From positions 349,298 to 413,297 of the forward strand of contig NIVC01000911.1 in the NCBI GenBank assembly GCA_002269645.1: a stretch of DNA of 64,000 nt, written 5' to 3'. A model generated the notes under the pieces. The model was not told the origin of the DNA and searched no databases. It saw only the letters and a list, made by a program, of their open reading frames with translations. This document shows, piece after piece, positions 36,201 to 45,650 of this stretch; positions within the stretch are counted from its first letter, which is position 1, and each line of letters starts with the position of its first letter. Source of the stretch: Macrostomum lignano (Eukaryota). The translations under genes and the position numbers were made by a program.

Positions 36201-39200
36201 CCATCCACACCAAAGAGAATCGCCCATCCACACCAAAGAGAATCGCCCATCCACACCAAAGAGAATCGCCCATCCACACCAAAGAGAATCGCCCATCCAC
36301 ACCAAAAGAATCGCCCATCCACACCAAAGAGAATCGCCCATCCACACCAAAGAGAATCGCCCATCCACACCAAAGAGAATCGCCCATCCACCCCGAAGAG
36401 AATCGCCCATCCACACCAAAGAGAATCGCCCATCCACACCAAAGAGAATCGCCCATCCACACTGAAGAGAATCGCCCATCCACCCCAAAGAGAATCGCCC
36501 ATCCACACCAAAGAGAATCGCCCATCCACACCAAAGAGAATCGCCCATCCACACCGAAGAGAATCGCCCATCCACACCAAAGAGAATCGCCCATCCACAC
36601 CGAAGAGAATCGCCCATCCACACCAAAGAGAATCGCCCATCCACCCTGAAGAGAATCGCCCATCCACCCTGAAGAGAATCGCCCATCCACCCTGAAGAGA
36701 ATCGCCCATCCACCCTGAAGAGAATCGCCCATCCACACCAAAGAGAATCGCCCATCCACACCAAAGAGAATCGCCCATCCACACCGAAGAGAATCGCCCA
36801 TCCACACCAAAGAGAATCGCCCATCCACCCTGAAGAGAATCGCCCATCCACCCCGAAGAGAATCGCCCATCCACACCAAAGAGAATCGCCCATCCACACC
36901 AAAGAGAATCGCCCATCCACACCAAAGAGAATCGCCCATCCACACCAAAGAGAATCGCCCATCCACACCAAAGAGAATCGCCCATCCACCCGAAGAGAAT
37001 CGCCCATCCACACCAAAGAGAATCGCCCATCCACCCGAAGAGAATCGCCCATCCACACCAAAGAGAATCGCCCATCCACACCAAAGAGAATCGCCCATCC
37101 ACACCAAAGAGAATCGCCCATCCACACCAAAGAGAATCGCCCATCCACACCGAAGAGAATCGCCCATCCACACCAAAGAGAATCGCCCATCCACACCGAA
37201 GAGAATCGCCCATCCACACCAAAGAGAATCGCCCATCCACAGCAAAGAGAATCGCCCATCCACCCTGAAGAGAATCGCCCATCCACCCTGAAGAGAATCG
37301 CCCATCCACCCCGAAGAGAATCGCCCATCCACACCAAAGAGAATCGCCCATCCACACCAAAGAGAATCGCCCATCCACACCAAAGAGAATCGCCCATCCA
37401 CACCGAAGAGAATCGCCCATCCACCCGAAGAGAATCGCCCATCCACACCAAAGAGAATCGCCCATCCACACCAAAGAGAATCGCCCATCCACACCAAAGA
37501 GAATCGCCCATCCACACCGAAGAGAATCGCCCATCCACACCAAAGAGAATCGCCCATCCACCCCGAAGAGAATCGCCCATCCACACCAAAGAGAATCGCC
37601 CATCCACCCCGAAGAGAATCGCCCATCCACACCAAAGAGAATCGCCCATCCACACCAAAGAGAATCGCCCATCCACACCAAAGAGAATCGCCCATCCACA
37701 CCAAAGAGAATCGCCCATCCACACCAAAGAGAATCGCCCATCCACCCCGAAGAGAATCGCCCGCATTGACTCCACCGCAGGTCCGCGGCAAGGGCAAGAT
37801 CGTCCTAGCCGAATGGATCGAGCAGTGCTACAAAGAACGCCGCTTAGTCGATTGGCAACTCTTTGATCTCGCCGCCAAGGCTGCTGGAAACGGCGGCCGA
37901 CCCACCAGAGCGGCGGCCGCCAAGAAGCCGAACTATGTCGCCGACGACGACAGCGACGAAGACAGCGGCGACGGCAAGGGTCGCCGCGGCGGCAGCAAAA
38001 ATCGGCGATCGACGGCCGCGATAACGTCAACAAGAAAGCGTCGCCAGCGAGGCGACGTCAGCGACAGCGAAGAAAACGACGACGATTTTGACGACGAAGA
38101 CAGCGACGCGGACGACAAGCGGGCCAGGGCGCAGCGAGCGTCGAAAAAGCGTCGACGGGGCGGCGAATCCAGCGACGAAGAATGGCGCGGTCGCGGCGGC
38201 GGCGGCGCTGACGAGGACGATGATGAAGACGACGATGAAGAGTTGCCGGAAGATGAAGATGACGACAGGGAAGCTGGAGACAGTGACAGCGACTACAAAG
38301 TTGGCGGCAAGAAGCGAAAGAAGGCGTCATCTGGCGGCGGCAAGTCGCCTTTAAAGCGTCGAAAATCGTCGTCTTCAACGTCGTCGAAAAAGAAGAAAAC
38401 TCAAAAGCCGCAGTTGCCCAGGCAACCGTCGTCAAGGCCGCTCAGAGCGGCCGCTGTAGTGGCCGCCGCCAAAGCGAAGATCAGCGACAGCGACGAAGAT
38501 TTCGCCGAAGACAACGACGATGATGAAGAGCGGAGGCTGACTACAAAACCGAAGCCGAAAACCGCCACCCCGTCGCCGCCAAAACGATCGCCGAGAAAGC
38601 AGAAAAAGTTCGATGATAAAGGCGACGACAAAGATGAAGGCAGCGACGACAGCGGAGCCGGCTGGTCGGTTGTTCGGCGAAAGAAGGGCGACGGCGATAG
38701 CGCCAGCGGTAGTCCGAAAAAAACTGCAAACAAATCGCGACGCCCAGTTAGCGACAGCGAAGAAGACGACTCTGTTGCTAAGGACTCTGTCGCTAAGGAC
38801 GCCGTTGCGAAGGATGCAGTTGCTAAGGATGCCGTTGCTAAGGACACCGTTGCCAAGGGCCCCGTTGCTAATGACGCCGAATTTGACGCCGATACTGATA
38901 TCGAAGACGACAAAAAAGCCGACAACAAACCGGAAGAGTTGCCGGACTTTTTTAAAGGCTCGCATTTTTTTATTTACGGCGACTCAATCGATTTGGACGA
39001 AAGGCGTCAGTTGAAGCGAGTGATCTACGCCTTCAACGGCTACTTAGATGAGTACAACGGGCCAAGCGTTAAGTACATCGTCACTAGAAACGCTTGGGAT
39101 AAAAATTTCGACGACGCCCTTGAAGACAATGCCAACGTGATGTTTGTTAAACCCGACTGGCTATTTGAATTGGAGAAATCTAGGAAATATTGCCAGCCGC

Positions 39201-39226
39201 ACAAGTACCAGGTGGTGGCCAACTGA
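33241..39226 (+). CDS. XRCC1: DNA repair protein XRCC1, 3 coding exons, about 827 aa
   Basis: Exons 33241-33729, 35039-35587, 37781-39226. N-terminal domain SSEDP.YPASNLLK...W..AKPGE...IDVGNEGSALVEVLV...LLAASSLMSP...NRVR.F...WDKIRVVCSQPF...YGLSFI; BRCT1 LLKGVVFAMSGYQNPRRGQLRDKATKMGAKYRPDWGPGCTHLVCAFANTPKFNQV; BRCT2 ELPDFFKGSHFFIYG...RQLKRVIYAFNGYL. Confidence 0.97.
33785..35024 (+). repeat. Two related 23-bp minisatellites in XRCC1 intron 1: CCGGAATTCCCCATTTGAGTAAC, then ACAGAATCCCCATTTTTGAGAAC
   Basis: Directly visible; the switch occurs near 34686. Confidence 0.96.
35650..37762 (+). repeat. 23-bp minisatellite AGAGAATCGCCCATCCACACCAA filling XRCC1 intron 2
   Basis: About 90 copies visible; they generate spurious long minus-strand ORFs. 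Confidence 0.98.
38770..38875 (+). repeat. 15-bp coding repeat (AKDAV)n in the XRCC1 linker
   Basis: VAKDSVAKDAVAKDAVAKDAVAKDTVAKGPVAND. Confidence 0.9.
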
Positions 39227-39579
39227 GGCCATCAAATTTGTGTTTTTTAATCCAACAACTTGATACCAACGTGTTATCAGTAATTCTCAACATTTATTTA
39301 AATCCGTTTGTAAAAGTTTACAGGTTTTGTACATTCTTGTTTATTAATTGTAATGTGTGTTGCTTTGCGTTTAATATTAAATTAAATGTGTCTATATAAT
39401 TAGGAAATCCCCTATTGTCATTTTGTGTTGTATGTTAGCTTACTTATGCATAGTTCGTAATGTTTTAATATTTTGTAAGAATAATTATCGTCAGTACTGT
39501 AATGACGCATTTTAAACAAACTTCTAAAGACTTTTTTGCTAGATCAGCATTCAGGTTAACTAAAATCAAAATGTTTATT

Positions 39580-40310
39580 TGATGTATCGATTGTCCTGAA
39601 TCGAAATCTTTATTGGATTTATCGAATATCAGAAATCGATCTTTATTAGATTTATCGATTATTTCAAGTCGATATCTTCATTATATTTATCGATTGTCTA
39701 GAATCGATATCTTTATTGGATTTATCGATTATTTTAAATCGATATCTTTATTGGATTTATCGATTATCTAAAATCGATATCTTTATTGGATTTATCGATT
39801 ATTTTAAATCGATATCTTTATTGGATTTATCGATTATCTAAAATCGATATCTTTATTGGATTTATCGATTATCTGAAATTGATATCTTTATTGGATTTAT
39901 CGACTATCAGAAATCGACGTATTTATTGGATTTATCGATTATCAGAAACCAATGTCTTTATTGGATTTATCGATTATCTGAAATCGATGTCTTTATTGGG
40001 TTTATCGATTATTTGACATTGATATCTTTATTGGATTTATCGATTATCTGAAATCGATATCTTCATTGGGTTTATCGATTATTTGACATTGATATTTTAT
40101 TGGATTTATCGATTATCTAAAATCGATGTCTTTATTGGATTTATCGATTATTTGACATTGATATCTTTATTGGATTTATCGATTATCTGAAATCGATATC
40201 TTCATTGGGTTTATCGATTATTTGACATTGATATCTTTATTGGATTTATCGATTATCTGAAATCGATATCTATGTTGGATTAACCGGTGGAGGCTATCTG
40301 AAATCGATGT
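39580..40310 (+). repeat. 35-bp minisatellite ATCGATATCTTTATTGGATTTATCGATTATCTGAA downstream of XRCC1
   Basis: About 20 copies visible. Confidence 0.95.
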
Positions 40311-40956
40311 TTTAATAAGATTTTGCAATTTTTTAAAAGCTTGCATTCTTCAGGAGTCAACTTATGATTTAAAAACATTGTAACGTTTTTATACTGTCTT
40401 GTTTTATGTACTTGTCTTATATAACTTGTTCTTTAATTTTTCAACTTGTTTACTCAATTGTGAACTAAGAAATAACTATCGTAACTATTAAAAATTGTTG
40501 TTTTTTTTGCTTTGCGTTGAAACCTGTGACTTTACATCTACCGAAGTTTTTGTGTGCACTTTTAATATTACTGTAAATAATTATGCTTAAATATGTTAGT
40601 GAAGTCTTTTATAGAATCAATAACCTTTTCTGTACTTTAGTTATTCTGCTTATTGCTTATTTCTACTCGTAGAATAGTCCATTTTTATTTCTTTATTATA
40701 ATAAGCTGCATCGCGTTTTCAAATTTTTGAAAGCCATTCATCCTGTCCGTCAATATTATTTGTTGTGCATTGCAAATTTTAGTTGAGACTGAACTGTTCT
40801 GCTCTGCCGTGTGGCCCTGTGCGCATCTCAAATATACTGCAGTCACTGCTACACTGTGACTTGCGCTTCTTACACTCTGCTTTTTGTCCTTGCGGTTCAT
40901 TCGCGCTACTAACAATTACTATATGTTCTTTTTCATTCCTTTGGGTTAGGCTGATT

Positions 40957-40969
40957 GTGTCTGTCTGCC

Positions 40970-41002
<33 letters not shown>

Positions 41003-41141
41003 GCCTGTCTGTCTGTCTGTCTGTCTGTCTGTGTGTCTGTCTGTCTGTCTGCCTGTCTGTCTGTGTTTCTGTCTGTCTGTCTGCCTGTCTGTCTGTCTGT
41101 CTGTCTGTCTGCCTGTCTGTCTGTCTGTCTGTCTGTCTGCC

Positions 41142-41224
<83 letters not shown>

Positions 41225-41245
41225 GTGTCTGTCTGTCTGTCTGCC

Positions 41246-41298
<53 letters not shown>

Positions 41299-41317
41299 GC
41301 CTGTCTGTCTGTCTGCC

Positions 41318-41352
<35 letters not shown>

Positions 41353-41435
41353 GTCTGTCTGTCTGCCTGCCTGTCTGTCTGTCTGTCTATCTGTCTATCT
41401 GTCTGTCTGTCTGTCTCCTGCCTGTCTGTCTGCCT
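40957..41435 (+). repeat. (GTCT)n microsatellite upstream of GALK1
   Basis: Directly visible. Confidence 0.98.
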
Positions 41436-41554
41436 ATATTCCGGACAGACCCAGCCAGCAAAGCCACTCTAATTAAAGCAACACAATGAGTTAAAATTGG
41501 TCTGATCAATAAGCTGGCATTGGTTCGCATTACAGCCAACCAGAGCAGGTCACC

Positions 41555-44500
41555 ATGGAAGACTGCCTTGGCCGCACAGCCAGCCTAGAAGAGCTGCACC
41601 ACGAAGTGGAAAGTCTGTTTCTGCGCGAGTTTGGCTGCAAACCAGACAGTGTTGTGTACGCGCCGGGCCGGGTGAACATCATTGGCGAGCACACTGACTA
41701 TAATGACGGGTTTGTGCTGCCGATGGCGCTGCCCCTGGTTACTATGATGGCTGGCAAACGAATTGAAAGCAATGTGGTAGGTTGGCGAAAACTTAGAAAA
41801 AGTCTTATAATTAAATGCAAAATTCATCATACCGCTGGTTGCAGTCCTTAAAAGGGCCGTTTTAATACAATCCATAGGTAGTGTTTCGAGTAGGCCGTAG
41901 CCCAGCGGCCCGGGCTCGATTCCAAGTGCAGTCACATTAATTTGGGGTTGAATTGGAATCTCGGCTTGGCTCTGCTCGTGTAATTAACGCCATTGAGATG
42001 GGCCAACCCCCAAGGCACAGTGAAGTGTACATGCCTAACGATAAATAAATGGCTGCTGCGTACGTATCCACGCGCTTGTGTGCCTGCTCAGGGGAGTCTA
42101 CGGAATGGGCAGTAATGCGCCTCGCCGGTTGTGTGACAATGTCGCTTAACCCTAGCCAGGGCGCACACAGCCCAATGCATCCAAGTTATATGCATCCATC
42201 CTATTTGCCAGGTCAATGTTGTCACAGGCGGCAAAGACGTCACCACCCGCTTAACGCCCGGCTCGCCCAAGGACATCTGCGTCAGTTTTCCTGTGCCCGA
42301 TCCTAAACAGGAACGACGCGACGGGGCTCAACGCATCCCGGACGTCGAGTGGGCCAACTATGTGAAAGGAGTGCTGGTCAATTATAAACGATTGTGCGGC
42401 GCGTTCAATTCGGCTATTGTCAGCACTGTGCCGCTTGGCGGGGGCCTGTCTTCGTCTGCCGCGCTCGAAGTTGCCACCTATACTCTGCTTGAGCAGCTGT
42501 TTCCTATCGATCATCCCGTGACGCCTGTGAGTGGAATTCAACTCGCATACCGGAGTGACATGATTGGTGTACCTCACTGACATGATTGATGTATTGCAGG
42601 GTCATGATTGATGTATCGGAGAGACATGATTGATGTATCGGAGAGACATGATTGATGTATCGGAGAGACATGATTGATGTATCGCAGGGACATGATTGAT
42701 GTATCGGAGAGACATGATTGATGTATCGGAGAGACATGATTGATGTATCGGAGAGACATGATTGATATATCGGAGAGACATGATTGATAAATCGGAGAGA
42801 CATGATTGATGTATCGGAGAGACATGATTGATGTATCAGAGAGACATGATTGATGTATCGGAGAGACATGATTGATGTATCGGAGAGACATGATTGATGT
42901 ATCGGAGAGACATAATGGATGTATCGGAGAGACTTGATTGATGTATCGGAGAGACATGATTGATGTATCAGAGAGACATGATTGATGTATCGGAGAGACA
43001 TGATTGATGTATCAGAGAGCCATAATTGATGTATTGCAGGGTCATGATTGATGTATCGGAGAGACATGATTGATGTATCGGAGAGACATGATTGATAAAT
43101 CGGAGAGACATGATTGATGTATCCGAGAGACATGATTGATGTATCAGAGAGACATGATTGATGTATCAGAGAGACATGATTGATGTATCGGAGAGACATG
43201 ATTGATGTATCAGAGAAACATGATTGATGTATCGGAGAGACATGATTGATATATCAGAGAGACATGATTGATATATCGGAGAGACATGATTGATATATCG
43301 GAGAGACATGATTGATATATCGGAGAGACATGATTGATAAATCGGAGAGACATGATTGATGTATCGGAGAGACATGATTGATGTATCAGAGAGACATGAT
43401 TGATGTATCGGAGAGACATGATTGATGTATCGGAGAGACATGATTGATGTATCGGAGAGACATAATGGATGTATCGGAGAGACTTGATTGATGTATCGGA
43501 GAGACATGATTGATGTATCAGAGAGACATGATTGATGTATCGGAGAGACATGATTGATGTATCAGAGAGACATGATTGATGTATCGGAGAGACTTGATTG
43601 ATGTATCGGAGAGACATGATTGATGTATCGGAGAGACATGATTGATGTATCGGAGAGACATGATTGATGTATTGCAGGGACATGATTGATGTATCGGAGA
43701 GACATGATTGATGTATCAGAGAAACATGATTGATGTATCGGAGAGACATGATTGATATATCAGAGAGACATGATTGATATATCGGAGAGACATGATTGAT
43801 ATATCGGAGAGACATGATTGATATATCGGAGAGACATGATTGATAAATCGGAGAGACATGATTGATGTATCGGAGAGACATGATTGATGTATCAGAGAGA
43901 CATGATTGATGTATCGGAGAGACATGATTGATGTATCAGAGAGACATGATTGATGTATCAGAGAGACATGATTGATGTATCGGAGAGACATGATTGATGT
44001 ATCGGAGAGACATGATTGATGTATTGCAGGGACATGATTGATGTATCGGAGAGACATGATTGATGTATCAGAGAGACATGATTGATGTATCAGAGAGCCA
44101 TAATTGATGTATTGCAGGGTCATGATTGATGTATCGGAGAGACATGATTGATGTATCGGAGAGACATGATTGATAAATCGGAGAGACATTAGGTACAGCT
44201 GAGTGGTATTAAAAGTTAATTGACGTTAATTTGCACCAGAGTGAACTCAATGACACTCGCCGCAAACCGCTGCAGGTGGAGAAGGCCCTGGCCTGTCAGG
44301 AAGCTGAGCACGTGTACGCTAACGTTCCTTGCGGCATCATGGACCAGTTTGTCAGCGTCATGGCCACAGAGAATCACCTGCTGTGCATCGACTGCGAGTC
44401 AATGCGAGTCACCCAGGTGCCGTTCCAGAATCCTCACGTGGTGGTGCTGATTACTAATTCAAATGTGCGCCACAATCTGGGCAGCAGCGAGTACCCTGTG

Positions 44501-45650
44501 AGGCGGCAGCAGTGCGAAGCTGCGAGCAAAGCCATGGGCAAGCGGTCTCTGCGACTGTGCACCTTGGAGGATCTGGAAGCTGCCGGCATTGAGGATGAGG
44601 TGAGTTCCACCGGGTACATCCTGCGATAGACACATGCAGACACGGCAGTGGACACATTGTGATATTCATTCAGACACAGCAATGGACACATCCCCACAGA
44701 CATTCAGACAGCAATGGACACATCCCGACAGACATTCAGACACAACAGTGGACACATCCGGACAGAAATTCAGACACAGCAGTGGACAAATTTGGATAAA
44801 CATGCAGACATACAGCGGACACGTTGTGACAGACATTCAGGCACAGCAGTGGACACATCCCATTGAACATGCAGGCACAGCAGTGGACACATCCCATTGA
44901 ACATGCAGGCACAGCAGTGGACACATCCCATTAAACATGCAGGCACAGCAGTGGACACATCCCATTAAACATGCAGACACAGCAGTGGACACATCCCATT
45001 AAACATGCAGACACAGCAGTGGACACATCCCATTAAACATGCAGACACAGCAGTGGACACATCCCATTAAACATGCAGACACAGCAGTGGACACATCCCA
45101 TTAAACATGCAGGCACAGCAGTGGACACATCCCATTAAACATGCAGACACAGCAGTGGACACATCCCATTAAACATGCAGGCACAGCAGTGGACACATCC
45201 CATTAAACATGCAGGCACAGCAGTGGACACATTAACAGCCATTAACATCACTCGCTGATTTGCCCACCCCAGACCATCAAGCGCCGCGCTCATCACGTGA
45301 TCAGCGAAAACGCCCGAGTCCAGCAGGCCATCGAGAGCTTGAAGACCACCGACTATTACCGACTTGGCGCCCTCATGAACGAGTCGCACGCCAGCCTGCG
45401 CGAAGACTTCGCCGTCTCCTGCCCGGAGATCGACCTGCTGGTTGACATCGCCCAGAGGCAGCCGGGCGTGTATGGCAGCCGCATCACGGGCGGCGGCTTC
45501 GGCGGCTGCACCGTCACCCTGGTGAAGCGCAGTCACGTTGACGACCTGATGAAGGCCATCTACGATGGCTACGCTTCGCCGGAACGTAGGCCGACCTTCT
45601 ACGTGTGCAATGCATCTGGCGGGGCAGCGGTGTTCAATACTGGCACATGA
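41555..45650 (+). CDS. GALK1: Galactokinase (GHMP kinase family), 4 coding exons, about 412 aa
   Basis: Exons 41555-41776, 42212-42526, 44276-44599, 45273-45650. Motifs [55 protein letters not shown]...[55 protein letters not shown]. Confidence 0.97.
41875..42160 (+). mobile_element. Possible tRNA-derived SINE in GALK1 intron 1
   Basis: B-box-like GGCTCGATTCC (41913-41923) with a weak A-box-like sequence upstream. The 3' part is homologous to 33026-33117. Confidence 0.4.
42555..44188 (+). repeat. 22-bp minisatellite CATGATTGATGTATCGGAGAGA in GALK1 intron 2
   Basis: About 74 copies visible. Confidence 0.98.
44630..45232 (+). repeat. 34-bp minisatellite CAGCAGTGGACACATCCCATTAAACATGCAGGCA in GALK1 intron 3
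   Basis: Degenerate 5' units and homogeneous 3' units. Confidence 0.95.

Noticed and set aside
35679-38033. Three minus-strand ORFs of 672-784 aa (WMGDSLWCGWAILFGVDGRFS repeats)
   Set aside because: They are reading-frame artefacts of the stop-free 23-bp intronic repeat, antisense to XRCC1, whose splice junctions explain the locus.
40783-41489. Cys/Leu/Ser/Val-rich ORFs (CLSVCLSV)
   Set aside because: They are translations of the (GTCT)n microsatellite.
16110-45232. Regular 21-40-bp repeats resembling CRISPR arrays
   Set aside because: The units are directly adjacent with no unique spacers, there are no cas genes, and the context is eukaryotic and intronic.
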